Shown: positions 12,742 through 26,050 of the stretch, one piece after another
How the letters are laid out: every line of letters starts with the position of its first letter
Numbering within the stretch: position 1 is the stretch's first letter
DNA from: Callorhinchus milii
Taxonomy: Eukaryota
DNA: 64,000 bases
Direction: 5' to 3'
Assembly: GCF_018977255.1 (NCBI RefSeq)
Contig: NW_024704742.1
Location: forward strand, 127,906,001 to 127,970,000
The notes under the pieces: generated by a model
The model's input: only the letters and a program-made list of their open reading frames with translations
What the model was told of the DNA's origin: nothing
Database searches by the model: none
Position numbers and translations under genes: made by a program

Positions 12742-15700
12742 GACGGGTGAATGTGAGCAAATAAGCAAAGATTAGTTTGTAATCAAGCCTCGTTTGTGCT
12801 TCACATTCTTTAGGATACAAACTTACAGTCTAACTGAAGCAATCATCTCCTATTATATCCCAAAGCTAGAATGTGTATGACCACAAATAAGATTTGATTA
12901 TGTGATGGACAACACTGAATTCATCTTTGTTGAATGGCATCACTTTAGCTATGGATTTCATGTAAGAAACGGCTGGAAGTTACAACCAAATACTTGTATT
13001 GGTTGAAGTGCCTAGTGGAAACTTACACGTACACAGTGCTATTAATTACCATAGAGTCCTTTCATTTTGCGTACCAAAGGAAAGCTTATCTGAAACTGAT
13101 CTAGAGCTTTAATATAACAAAGACAGCAACAAGGGCAGCTCAGTGTCGCAGCTGATTGACCCTATCTGGTTTCCCTGCCAAACTCAATACCAATGTAATC
13201 TAGTGAAAGTCAATACACTGCCTGTCAAGTCCCATCAACTCCCAGAGCAATGCATAGCAAGATGGTCGTTATTCCATTAAAGCAATTGTGTTTGCAAAAT
13301 ATTACTGGCGGATGTAATGCATATGTAATTGCATGGTACTCATTAACATCTGTTCATTAACACTGCCTCATATAAATACCTTATGTTACAGGGAAGTTAA
13401 GAATGAATGACATACAGAATAACAATCCCAGCCTGTAAATGTTATTGTACTGTTACGTTTACAATTCTGTTTCAAAGTTTAGTGTTCGGGTTGCACAAAG
13501 AAAATAAAAGTGCACGAAGAAAATCAACTACTAGACACACAAATCTATTCCCCCTCCATGTTTAAGAGTCTAGACTAATAGAAATCTCATGGTATGTGCC
13601 TTTCATGCTCAGCGACCTCCAACAAAATATGCATCAGTTTGGGTTCAAAGTTCTCTGTGAGAGGTCATGGTTCACATGTCACGTTAGCTTCGGGGGGAAA
13701 AGTAGGTGTTGCACCATATGACCAACCAAACTCTGGAACAATGGAACGTGCAACATAAGACCACCTCACAGCATATCAGATCACACTGTAAAATCTCACA
13801 ATAGAATGGCCTGTCACAACTGTTGCCAGTCATTAATTCCTAACTGGAAAACAGGTTACTTGTAAGTGGATATGTAAATCTTTTGTGGCACCTTCACGGA
13901 GTTTGTAAAGTGATATTACCTTCTGCACCCTGCAGGATAAAGCACTATACACGTGAAGCAACGTTATTTTTCTTGGCAATGCAAAGAAAACATGTTCTCT
14001 TTTATGTGGGAGCAGAGAACTACAAACGCAGGTCAGTGATGGTTATTATCGTGTGCTCTGTACTGGATGGGTGATCCAACACTGTAATAGAAACCTGCAT
14101 CACAACCAGAATTAATAGGCAACACAGAGCAACATGCCATAACTACATCAGGCCCTTCAGGCCAAATTATTTCTAGCTGCAAAAATAATAATTGGAAATC
14201 TGAAATAAAACAGCCGGAAACGTGCAGCAAGTCAATAAGCATCTGAAAGCGAAAGACAAGTAAAAGTTTGGGGCATGCTTTTTGTCAGATCTAAATTGCT
14301 AGGAAGCTGCCCTGTTATAATGTACACCAGAACACTGCATATCGCACTCCAACCGTCAAGGGACCATCAAGCGAGCAGGCTCCAGAGTATGCGGGTGGTG
14401 GTCGGGGACTCCCAGGAAAGGATTTTTTTTTTAAGTTGCACACGTGAGTGGGAAGTATCACAAATTCTGGTTTTAACAAGTGAGACTGAGCTGGCAGCTC
14501 AAGGTCAAGAGATACAACACAGGGAAGTACAAGATTAGAGCAAGTCACACACACTGGCAGAGAGGCCGAGTGATACAGACAAACACAAAGTTGTAGAGAA
14601 AGACAGAGAGACATGGTCACACAGCCCATAAAGACAGCGAGGCAGAGAGATTTTATTTGATCAGCCAAGTGACTGTATGTGGAGAAGTCCCATCGCCATG
14701 CTTAAGATTTTCCAAACTGGAGTGATTCACACCAACACACAGAACCATTTTTCATGCTATTTTCATATTTGTAGTGCAGGTGTTCCCAATTAATTCAAAA
14801 ATTGGGCAACCATGACAACTACTAGTATCATTGAGAACCTACCAAGTATGGCTCAGGGGTCCAAACCCTCAGAAGATGACCCAAGCTGCTATGAGATCAA
14901 GACCATCAGAGATATATCTGAGGTATGCGTGGGGCTGGACTGGGCTCACATCCTACTGCAGACCGACCGACATATGTAGCGTGATAGGTTATGCCCATCT
15001 TGCTCTATCAGAGTGGATAGCCACTTTGTGTCCTGTGGAGGTATTTCTTCCTGATGTGCAGAAACCTTTCCTTGATTTTTTTGCAGCCCAGAGATCTTAT
15101 GTAGGTAGGACAAGCAGATAAAGTGGGGCAGGCGATATGCTAGCACAACTGGGAAACAACAACAACAACAAAATTACATTTGTATAGGGCGTTTTACATC
15201 GGGAGGACATCCCAAGGCACTGACCAAGATGAAAACAATAAAAGCTTAGACATAGACAGGTAGGTAATGGCCATTATTGAGACACTGGGGTTTTATGTGG
15301 GCAGATTACGAAAACCAACAAACACCTTAAGATATTTTGTCAAGTTTCCCACTAGAAATACTTCACAACATCTTACTAGTTTCAGTGATCAGCTGATAAT
15401 ATTCACCAGTGTTATCATAGTACCATCTCACCAGCAAGTGAATTGAGTCCATGTACTTTTCATTCATAGTTTCATTTCAACTACGAACTGCATCATCCAC
15501 ACGAGCTGTTGAAACTGAACCAATGAACAGCAGGTCTGATAATGTAGATAATTCACTGAACTGCAGTGTTATTCAGGAAAAAAAAACATGGTTTGACAAC
15601 CAAATGCAGAAGGTTGGTTGACATAACGTGTAATACATCTGAGGGAGAAGCTTCCTCTGTGTGGGAGCCCATGGCAGGGAACTGAGCCCGTATCTGTGTT

Positions 15701-15791
15701 GGAATACATTGGACGAGTTTCTCTCCCAGGTCTCCCCACCACGGTTTCTAACCGTTTTGTATCAGTCTCTGCATAACATTAGAATTCTACA

Positions 15792-16048
15792 GAGGCCTGA
15801 AATTCTGTCTCATTCTTAGGCCTGTAAAACAATCTCGTCTTAAAATGTAAAATCAATTTGAATTGTAGGAACTTTGTAGTAAATTGAATTGAGTAATAAA
15901 TTTGGATTGAATTTGGTTTTCCGCAGTTCATAAAACGATCTGCCTCCAAATTAAAACCGAGGCAAAGAATTTTCCATAATGCTGGCAAAGCTTCAATTTT
16001 AAGACAAAACTGTTTTATGGGTTAAGACTAGGCGGATTTTCAGGCCTC
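15792..16048. mobile_element. MITE (~257 bp) with ~60-bp imperfect terminal inverted repeats
   Basis: Left arm gaggcctgaaattctgtctcattcttaggcctgtaaaacaatctcgtcttaaaat versus rc of right arm gaggcctgaaaatccgcctagtcttaacccataaaacagttttgtcttaaaat. Partial relatives occur at ~42640-42800 and ~52886-52950. Confidence 0.8.
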
Positions 16049-17091
16049 AGGTTTCGCTATGCGGCAAAATACCTCACCTCCCAAAAAAATGTTCCATACT
16101 TGCCGTGCCTAATCAACATGCGCTCACTTCTCTATGGGAGAGAGCTGGCCTGAGTTATAATAAGGGCCCTGCCGTGAAGCACTGATTCCTATTTGTGAAC
16201 AAGTAACTTTTATTGCTGGCAAGAGTTGAAGTACAATAATAGCTGGCTTGTACATAAAGAGAGACTTTTGATCTCGCACAGATCTAACAAGCAGGAGAGC
16301 CAAACTCAGACTTACCACATAATGGCCATTGAGGTATCTGAATCACCAAGCACACAAGATTAAATGCTGCCACTTACTCTTCTTTACACAGAGAAATCAT
16401 TAATTCTGATTAATTTGATACAAATTAACTAGTCTACAATGCACTCAATCTTGTATAGTTGCATAGCTACATGCACCACAGGTATGAATTTTTATTTATT
16501 TCCTTAATGTTAGTGCATTTTTGTTAAACCAATGACCCATCATCGCTATTTGTGGGACACTGCTGTGCTGTCGCAAATCAATAACAACAACCACCTTACA
16601 TTTGTATAGTGCCTTTCATGTCGGGAGGACATCCCAAGGCACTGATCAAAGTTCCAGACCCAAGCTGGGGCTTGGGGAGGGTGGAGGGCAGGGGTGGAAG
16701 CAGGGTGATCGAAAGCACGGTCGAAGTTGAGGGTCTTGAGTTGGGTCTTGAAGGAGGCAAGGCAGGGAGGGCGAGGCGGAGGGACTGCGGAAAGGAGTTC
16801 CAGAGGGTGGGGGCAGGGTGGCAGAAGGCCTGCCCGTCAATGGTGGGGCGAGTGAAGCAGTAGACGTGAAGTAGGCCAGAGCCCGCTGAATGGAGGGAGC
16901 GAGCAGGATGGTAGTGGGTTAGGAAGTCATAGAGGTAGGGAGGAGCAAGACCGTGGAAGGCTTTGAAGGTGAGGACCAGGATCTTAAACTATATCCTCTG
17001 TGTGATGGGAAGCAGGTGGAGTCGGGCGAGGATGGAGGTTATAGGGTCACAGAGCCTGGTGCGGGAGAGGACACAGGCTGCAGAGTTCTGG

Positions 17092-17411
17092 ATAATAATA
17101 ATAATAATCCTTGCATTTGATATAGCGCTTTTCACGTCGGGAGGACGTCCCAAAGCGCTTCACAGAACACACTGTAAAGTGAATTGACTGTATATTTGTG
17201 GCGAACACGGCAGCCAATTGCGCACAGCAATGTCCCACAAACAGTCGTAGATTGAAAATGACCAAATTATTGTTTTTGGTTTTGGAGGGATTATTATTAG
17301 GCTCTGTGTGGAGTAAGGAAACTTGCCCAAGGTTTCGCCCTCTGCCTGGAATTCAACTCAGGTCTCTCACTTGCAAAGCGAGTGCTCTAATCACTGAGCT
17401 ACAGGACTCCA
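17092..17411 (-). mobile_element. tRNA-derived SINE, short young subfamily (A)
   Basis: Near-identical to 37285-37624 and 50012-50333; inserted into an L2. Confidence 0.95.
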
Positions 17412-17619
17412 GGCTACAGGATGATCTGCAGTCTATGGAGGGAGGAGTTGGGGAGGCCAACAAGCAAGGAGTCAAGCCTCAATGTAATGACAGCATGTAT
17501 GAGGGTCTCGGCGGCCCGCAATGTGAGACAGAGACGTAACCGGGCGATGTTGCAGAGGTGGGGCGAGGCAGAGCGGGTCATGGCACAGATGTGGGGTAGA
17601 AAGGATAGTTGAGGGTCAA

Positions 17620-18552
17620 ACAAGAACAACAACAACAACAACAACAAGATTCCATTTATAGAGCGCCGTTCACGTCAGGAGGACGTCCCAAGGCGCTGCA
17701 CAGTTGGGTCATGACCCGAGCAGGGGGGAAATGGTCAGGGTGAGGGGAGGGAAGGGAGGGAGAGAGGAGGGGGGAAATGGTCAGGGTGAGGGGAGGGAAG
17801 GGAGGGAGCGAGGAGGAGGAAGAGAGTCGAGAGGGGAGCTGAAGGCACGGTCAAAGAGAAAGGTTTTGAGACCGGCCTTGAAGGAGGAAAGGGAGGAAGC
17901 AAGGCGAAGGCACTGGGGGATGGAGTTCCAGAGCCTGGGGGCTGAGAGGCTGAAGGCCCGACCACCGATAGTAGGGCGGTTGGGCGGGGGACGTGGAGCA
18001 GACCGGAGCCAGAGGAACGGAGGGTACGGGCAGGTAGGTAGGGGGATAGTAGGTTGGAGAGGTAGGAGGGAGCAAGGCCGTGAATGGCCTTGTAGGTGAG
18101 GATGAGGATCTTGAAATCAATCCTCTGGGGGATGGGGAGCCAGTGGAGGCGAGCGAGGGTGGGAGTGATGTGATCGCGAAGCCTGGTGCGGGACAGTACA
18201 CGAGCTGCAGAGTTCTGAAGGACCTGCAGCTTGTGGAGGGAGGTGGCGGGAAGGCCGGCGAGGAGAGAGTTCCCATAGTCCAGCCTTGAGGTGACAAAGG
18301 CGTGGACCAGGGTTTCAGCGGCGTGAGGGAGTGCCGTAGTCTGGCGATGTTTCGGAGGTGATGGAAGGCGGTGCCAGTTGTGGTGCGGATGTGAGGGAGA
18401 AAGGACAGCTCAGGGTTGAAGAAAACGCCGAGGTTCCTGACTGGCTTTGAGAGGTGGAGAGTGCAGCCTTGGATGCTGATGGTGTCAGCGCCTGAGGTGC
18501 GGAGGCGCTGACGTGAGCCAATCAGGAGGGCCTCGGTTTTTCGCACGTTGAG
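17620..18552 (-). mobile_element. Young 5'-truncated L2 LINE nested in an older L2
   Basis: Minus ORF 17851-18546 reads [39 protein letters not shown]. There is a (CAA)n tail on the + strand at 17620-17647, and the 3' stem-loop matches the 55621 copy. Confidence 0.93.
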
Positions 18553-18624
18553 CCAAGGTTCCAGACTGGCTTAGCAAGGTGGAATGTGCATCCATGGATG
18601 TTGATGCTGTCAGCACCTGATCAA

Positions 18625-18810
18625 CTGCAAAATACAGTCACAACACTTCACAGCAAAAATTCCGTGAAGTGCTTTGAGATGTTTTGACGACACGATAAGA
18701 CGCTATATTAACAAGAACAACTTGCATTTATATAGCGCCCCTCACACAGGGTAGCGTCCGAGAGCGCTTGGGACGCTTCCCTGCATATCAAATGCAAAGG
18801 ATTATTATTA
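18625..18810 (+). mobile_element. SINE tail (+) interrupted by an L2-type tail (-) at 18708-18784
   Basis: gacgctatat | aacaagaacaacttgcatttatatagcgccc... | atatcaaatgcaaggattattatta. Confidence 0.85.
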
Positions 18811-20842
18811 TCTCCTATATGTTTAACAATGTACAGAATGAGGAGGGGGAAAGATAGTAAAGATGGGCAACATCTAAAAAAAAACATCTCCTGGCACATG
18901 GGCCCCTCACTGCTCTAAAAGTGCTCTTGAAACCAGTTAGTTCACAGCTCATGTATCTAGACTATTCAATTCATTAGTGACAAACCACTGACACTTAAAG
19001 CATATTGTCAGGATATCAGTTTCATAACCAAAGTCTGTTTCAGAAAAGTTCAAGAGTGCAAAATGAAGTTGGGGGAACTCCGAGTGGGTGTAATAATTAA
19101 CCTCTACCCATGTCTCTGCCTGGGACCTGGCCAGTCCCAGAACAATTTCTTCTAAAGTGAGTGGATTCTAAGAAAGAAAAGTTGCGAAATAGATGCCATG
19201 AATAACTTTTTGAATCTGACGTGTGAGATTGTACAAATATTTAACAAACTGTCCTGTTACCACAGAGAAGAACGCGGATATAGATCAGGAGATCTGATTA
19301 GCCTCAGCATGTGGCCATTGTTTTTCCCCCATCCCCTGAGGTTGTGTCTGTCAGGAGTGATTCGTATCTACCCACAATATACTCTTCAGGACTTACTGCA
19401 AATAAACTCTTACCTTAGCACCGTTATAAATAGTTCCCAACCCCTAAAATAATATCTGACGATTTCGCTTTTCAGAACACCATGCAATTTGGTTTACAAT
19501 CAATCCCAGTTTGGATGACATTCAGAAGCAGGTAGACAGCATCCTGACAAGGAGCCATCTCTGAGCGAGCTCACTTAATGTTAATTTTAGTGATAAACTA
19601 CTGTGGGCAATTCCCCTTTAATAGCGCTTAACAATCAGCATCTCTGCCGTCCCTGGTGTAGAGGTCACTGCATTCCCCTGAATGGATCAAGCAAGACACA
19701 GCTCATTTACTGCTCTATGTAGTGTGGTAATGTCTTGCAAGTGCAAAGGTTGGAACCATCCACCTAGTGAAGTCAAATATCCAGTCTGAAGCCAAATGTC
19801 CGCCTACAGGGTAAGTGGAAACATCTCCATCACATCAGGAAGTGTAACAAGAATAAAGCTACAAATACCTCCTGATAGGTCATCAACCTTCAAGATCATA
19901 TTGAGGCACGTTTTCTCAACATCATACGTGGCAACGGGTAGCAACAGCGTGTTTGAACAATTACGTTCAACTAAGCAAATAACAGTCAAAGCGGTAATGT
20001 GGGAGGAGGCTCGAATTATAATGCAAAAAAACGGAGAAAGGAAATAGAGAGTGCTACAAATATATACTGCGGGTCCAAAATGACCACATACACCTCAGAG
20101 TACATTGGAAATGAGTACAGTTGGACTAGAATTGTTTTAAGACTTATTTCAAATAGAAATCCACATTCTGTTCCTCATTTACCAAAAAATGGCTTTAGGA
20201 GCTTCACCAAGTAACTATATCAGACATCAGTTTATTCCCAGGAAACGTACAATATAGAGGAAAATTGGAATGCATTTCTTCAATAACAACAACTTGCATT
20301 TATATAGGGCCCTTTATGCAGGGTAGCATCCCGCAGCACTTCACAGTGGCGGAGTCTGACAATGAGCTAAGGGGAGAGGGAAGGGGAGGTGACTGTAAGC
20401 ACGATCAAAAAGTAAGGTCTTTAGGCGGGATTTGAAGACGGGGAGGGAGGGGGGAAAGGCGGAGAGATTGAGAGAGAGTTCCAGAGTTTCGGGTTTCGTA
20501 TAGAGTTACCCTGATTTCTGAGGTGATGTTCACAAACACTTCCCTGACCTGTCAGCACATGGTACATCACGATAACCCATCTCCAGAGGAATTTGGTAGC
20601 AGAGGTGGTGGATCAAGGCTTTGAGAGACCAGCGTTCAGCCAGTGTGTTATGACTGACAGACCGTAACCTGGAAATTGACCCTCGTTCCAAGAGGAATTG
20701 CTGGGTGCTTAGATCTGCTGCTGATCAGCTGTTAGATGGACTCAAATTTACTCCCATCCCTGGTGCCAGACCACCAGCAAAGGTCTTGAGGCTGAAAATT
20801 GTCAGGTCTCACTTATGTCCCGCAGTGACTCCACATTCCTTC

Positions 20843-21150
20843 CACATAGAATTGCATAGAGCATTAGAGCATGCAAACAGACCATTCCGTACTGGTGTTT
20901 ATCCTACACATAAGACTCCACCTCTCCTAATCCCTTCTCCAACCCCCCTATTCCCTTCTCCCTCATGTATGTATCAAGTTTCCTCTCAAATACATCAATA
21001 CTTTCTGCTTCACCCACATCTTCCGACAGTGCCAAATTCTCTCTGTGTAAAGAAGTTCCCCCATAAACTCGCTTTTACATCTGCTACTTGCTATCTTATA
21101 TTTATGGCCCCTTGATTAGCACTCATCAACATGTGGAACCAGCCTATTAA
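20843..21150 (-). mobile_element. CR1 LINE 3' end, decayed
   Basis: catagaattgcatag tail, accattc.., ctctctgtgtaaagaagttccc (rc NFFTQR). Smaller CR1 3' remnants lie at ~6720-6780, 23260-23330, 29820-29990, 39095-39240, 41660-41850 and 51225-51365. Confidence 0.75.
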
Positions 21151-21214
21151 TGTCCATAAGCATTAATTTACTGTTCCCCATGAATTATCTGCTTATATTA
21201 AGTGGCTGTTTGCA

Positions 21215-21505
21215 AATGATAATGTCCCACAAACAGCCATGAGGTGAATGACCAATTTTCTGGCCAGGACACCGGGGGGATCTCCCTTCTCTTTTCATAA
21301 TGTGTTACTTGATCTTTAACATCCTCCTGAACAGGCAGACATGACCTTGGTTCAGCATCTCATCCAAAAGATGACCTTTCACATTGCAGTGCTTCCCCTA
21401 GTCTTGTACAAGTTTGCTAGCCTCAGTTATCAGCTCAAATGTTGATGTGGTGCTTGAAACTGTAGCCATCTGAACCAGAACTGAAAGTGCTACCAACTGA
21501 GCCTG
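21215..21505 (-). mobile_element. Deu-domain SINE, decayed
   Basis: ggccaggacaccgggggg..gatctttaacatcc..catctcatccaaaag..gtgctaccaactgagcc. Confidence 0.8.
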
Positions 21506-22444
21506 CTTGCTATTAAGAACCCGATTTTTGATTTGTGGAAAACTGGGTTTAAACGGGACAGCACGATGGTGTTGTCAAGTCCTCAACAAGTCTTTGTGAA
21601 TGAACAGCATATGTTGTGGTCAGCATGCTAAAAGCAGTGTGTTGCCAGTATGTTGTCGGTTTGTCTCCAAAATACACAGTCAATCAATCCATTTTACAAT
21701 ATATTCTATGAGTGCTTTGAGACATCACAACAACATCATAAGATGCTATACCAAATGCAAGGTTTATTATTACACTGAAAGCATGACTACCATTCCCGAT
21801 GAGTGTGGCAGTGCTGATCTGATTTACTCACCAGCTGAAAATAAGACCTTAACTTTGAATTTGATGGAACAGACTGCATAGTGTAACACCGGCGAGAAAC
21901 AGCTTGTTTCTCCTGTTCTCCTACATGACAGGTGACGGGGCTTTTCTGAAGTGAATCTGTGGCTGTACTACAAGCCACAACAGAGACAAAGAACTTCAAA
22001 AGTTAGGCAGAAGATTTTTCCATAATAATAGGGCGTTGCATCTCTCGATTTTACAGGCAAACCTGGTTTTACAAGGCAAAGCAGTTCTGAGAAAGGAACA
22101 CCTACAGCCATCACCACCCACATTCCAGCCTTAGCTCTGCTCTAAAAATCAATCCCAGGCATACCTTTTGACCTAAAATGTGCAATCAAAACAGAATCCA
22201 TTTTAAATGCAAGTTAATAGACGCTCATATATCTGCCACAATTAATCTTTTAGGGCTTTCTACATATCAGTATGTCGGCTGAGTGTGAGAGATTTCCCAA
22301 CAATTGTATGTAGGTATACACAGGCAAACACTGCAGGGAAATGTTTAATATGACAACATCTCTTTCTTTTCAGGTGATTGGGTGTGAACATTTCAATTAA
22401 TCTGTCAGCCTCAAACGTATCATTCTAAAAGGGTCAAACAATTG

Positions 22445-22715
22445 ATTTTGTTTTAGTCAGCTGGGTGTCTATGACACTTGCGGAAACCAGAGGAACGTAC
22501 ATGGTTTCTCTAATTTCAGAGATTATTGGGATCAGAAGCCAAGGCTTAGGGACTCCAGAGTGTACATTCAGATACTGCTGGAGTTTAATCAACTAAACAC
22601 ACATAGCTTGCCATTGGTAACACTGGCAAGCTTCCCGCTACTTGTCCAGCTAAGAACACCCCATCTATTATGGCTTTGGATTTCAGGTTTAACAGCTGAG
22701 TGGGAAGAATCCCCG
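22445..22715 (-). mobile_element. Unnamed poly(A)-tailed retroposon, internally deleted copy
   Basis: Aligns to 34958-35350 at both ends (gtcagctgggtgtc; catagcttgccattg..gctgagtggga). Confidence 0.7.
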
Positions 22716-23623
22716 TTTCTGGTGACTGATCTGCCTCTCCAGGTTCAGCCAGTTGAGTCCCACTTACTTTCCCGCAAACAATTAAAGAGGCCATTTTTTG
22801 CTGCTCAACCAGTCATTCGCATTACTTTCAGTCCATTTCATTGAAGACGAAAGATCTCAGCCATTCTGGGTGCTAATTTATACTGTATTACATCCCTTTT
22901 TCAATAGATGTTAGCCTGGCTCTGCTGGTAGCACTCTTTCATCCAGGTATAAGTAGTGTGGGTTCCAAATGAAAGGCTGGGACTTGAGTTCCTAGATTGA
23001 GTTGCCTCTTTGGCTTATTAATGGGATGCTGTTCACCTGAATAAGCTCAGAAAGTCAACTCCAACCTCAGTAACAACATCAGTGGGAAAGCTCCTATCTC
23101 CCACACCAACGGTGTGTGCACCTCTGAGGGAACTTAGTGCCAACTCAGTGTCAGTCAGTGCCAAATTAAGGGCGGTTCTATACTAGGGTTTGGCTTGAAA
23201 CTAATTTTATGGGAACAAAGGTAATTGCCTCACAGAAAGTGCTGAGACTCACATAGAGAGTATAAACACTGGCAGACTAGTCGGGCTAAATGGCCTGTTT
23301 CTATGTTGCAACTTTCTATGGAATTCTATCCTTCTGCTTCAACAAAAACACTGAACCGCCTTTTGGTTAAAATCAATCTTCTTTCATTTCTCATTGCCAT
23401 TTTCCATAAACCTACTGGGTTGTCCTGAAGTGGACATCTGACAATATATTTTTATCATCTGCTTCAATGGCCTTTCATTTAGGGCCATTTAGTGTTGGCA
23501 AAAGGAAAAGCCTTTCAACAATTAGTCTTGGCTGTTTCCAAACCCAGGCCTGGTGTTTAAGGACAGTGTATCTTCCCATTTTGCTGAATCTAAACTGTTT
23601 CAAATAGGAGCCCTAAAAATAAT

Positions 23624-23865
23624 AGCCAATTGCATGCACACAGCAATGTCCTACAAACAGTCGTGGATTGAGTGACCAAATTTGTTTTTTAAGGGATTAT
23701 TACTCCCAGAAAAGCGATCCACCAATCGAATAACAACTGGGTTCCTACTTACTGCTAGGTAAACAAAGGCATGTGGAGTAAGGAAACTTGCCCAACGTTT
23801 CACCCTTCTCGGGTGAAACCCAGGTCCTCTCGCTTGCGAGGCGAGTGCTCCAACCACTAAGCTAC
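23624..23865 (-). mobile_element. tRNA-derived SINE, subfamily B, lacking 3' tail
   Basis: Head and central domain align to 4135-4505. Confidence 0.9.
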
Positions 23866-25685
23866 GTGTACCTCTGAATGAGGGTTAATAATGAAATGTT
23901 GCATGGCTATTTTGGGAAGTTTAGCAAAGCAAAGTTACTCACCAAACATCCCACTTAAGGCAAGGATATATCTACATTCTGTATCAGGTGCTGTAAGATT
24001 CTGTGCAAGAGGTGAGGAAGCTTCACTCAGCAACTTTTTGATCCGTTGGGGCAAACTAGCACCAAACAACGATTAAGACCATTTGTAAACAGAAACAGGC
24101 ACAAGAGAGCTCCCTTTGGGGCAATGGAGCTTTAAAAAGTGTTTGTATTTCCATTGTCTCAATGATTAATAGTAGAGGATGAGATTGGCATTCCCAGACA
24201 AGTGATCCTCCACCACCCACCCACACACATTCACTCAATCCTGTTGCACAAGTGTTGCAGCCACGTGGTGCATGTTAAACATGAAGGTCGAGGTTCTTAC
24301 TGCAAAGCTCTCTTCAATACGCATTAAATTAGTTCAAAATGCTGTCCATCTAACAATAAACAATTAAGTATCTACAGGGAGTTTCACTGAAAATAAGTAA
24401 CTTTCTTTGCAGTCTTAAACACATCAGCTGAATAGTGTCTCCAGGACTGTACACCAAATGAGTTTATTACTCGTCTAATGTACAGAGAAGTAGAACAAAG
24501 GATCCTGCTTACTATTCCTCACACAGCGACTTCACACTCTGGACCATGCTGTCAGGGACAAAACAGCATGCGGAGGCTGCATGCTGCTCTAAAGGAAGTG
24601 AGACAGGGGAGAGTGGGGGAGGGGAGAGAGAGAGAGAGAGAGAGAGCGCAAATGAGAAAGGGTAAACATGAAATAATTTATACGTCCTAATAAGATGCAG
24701 AGACCCTTGACTACACCTAGCATGATATGTAACAAGCAAACTAAACATTCAGTCACACCCTCCTATCGCAGGGGATTCACAATAAGACTGCTGCTCTCTA
24801 ATCATACACATGTAGGAAGATGCATTATATGTTGTTATGAAAGTTTAAATTTGTACAGAATCCAGATCAGCTCCTTAAGATGACAGGCATGGTAGAATGT
24901 CACTAACCTGGAAGCGGTCAAGAGTGGGGGAATGACAGTCACTGAAGTACTGAATTGGTTGCTAGTGTTTGGATTTTTTTTATTCCACAAACACATGAAA
25001 ATAACAACTGCGCCCAGAAAATATGATCATGAATCTCCACATGATGAGGACGTGTGTCTGGCATTGCTATTTCCATATGCCTCTCATTCAGTGTTACTCT
25101 ATGTTTTATGAATGAAAATAAAAGCAACGTAGGAGTGTTCTCAGTCACTCGGACGTTTTCATTAACCCATATTTCAACAGATAACTGCAGTTGGGGGACT
25201 GGCTATAAAGTTGAACGTAGGACCTATTCTGTGCACTCCCATGCACCTGATCATGACAACACATACATCATTGCTGCAGGCACAGTAGAAGTGCTACTTA
25301 TTAGAAGTGCATCAGCTGTTGTTCTCCACGCAGGTCAAAGAACTGACTGCACTTCAGTGGTCCCAAATGGATAAAAGAAACCAATCTCATCCAGTGTGAC
25401 CCAAAACCACAAGAGAAACCTACTTCTGTACTCAGGCAGTATATTTAAGGTATGAATCTGCTGCCGTGTCAAAATATTTGGAAATTTAATCTGATGGTGA
25501 TAATTAATTCAAAAGGTAGAGAATTGTTGCTTCTTAGATTCCCTTCAAGTCCAATGCAGAAATGAATCAACGTTCAGGCATATACCCCAATGTAAATCTG
25601 AGTCAAAAGCCCCTTTTTCACAAGGATTTGCTTCTTGCATGCAATTTATAATATTTATAATAATTATTGTAATAATTATTTAGAA

Positions 25686-26050
25686 GAATAATTATTATTA
25701 CAAATGCATTGGATAGCATAGCACCTTATCACGTTGTTGAGAACTCTCAAACTACTTTACAGAATATATTGTAAAGTGGATTGACTGTGTATTTTGTGGG
25801 CAGGATGCGGCAGCCAGTCGCAGTGTCCCACAAACAGTTGTGGATTGAGTGACCACATTTGTTTCTGAGGGAATATTACCCCAGAAAGCGATCTGCCAAT
25901 CGATTAACAACCGGGTTCCTGATTACTGCTGGGTAAACAGAGACGTGTAGAATTAGGAAACTTGCCTATGATTTTGCCCCAACCAGGAACGAAACCGGAG
26001 TCCTCTTGCTTGCGAGGCAAGCACCCTAACCACTGTGCTACAGGACTCCA
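25686..26050 (-). mobile_element. tRNA-derived SINE, subfamily B
   Basis: Full-length alignment to the other B copies, more diverged. Confidence 0.9.

Larger units (their letters stand above)
16580..18620 (-). mobile_element. Older L2 LINE 3' end, split by a SINE (17092-17411) and a younger L2 (17620-18552)
   Basis: Homologous to the reverse complement of 55800-56590. Minus ORF 17414-17647 reads FDPQLSFLPHI..HLCNIARLR..ETLIHAVITLRLD. The L2 sequence resumes at ~18553 (ccaaggttccagactggctt...gttgatgctgtcagcacctga). Confidence 0.9.

Noticed and set aside
25181-25374. + strand acceptor followed by open frame DNCSWGTGYKVERRTYS...
   Set aside because: No good donor and no recognisable domain.
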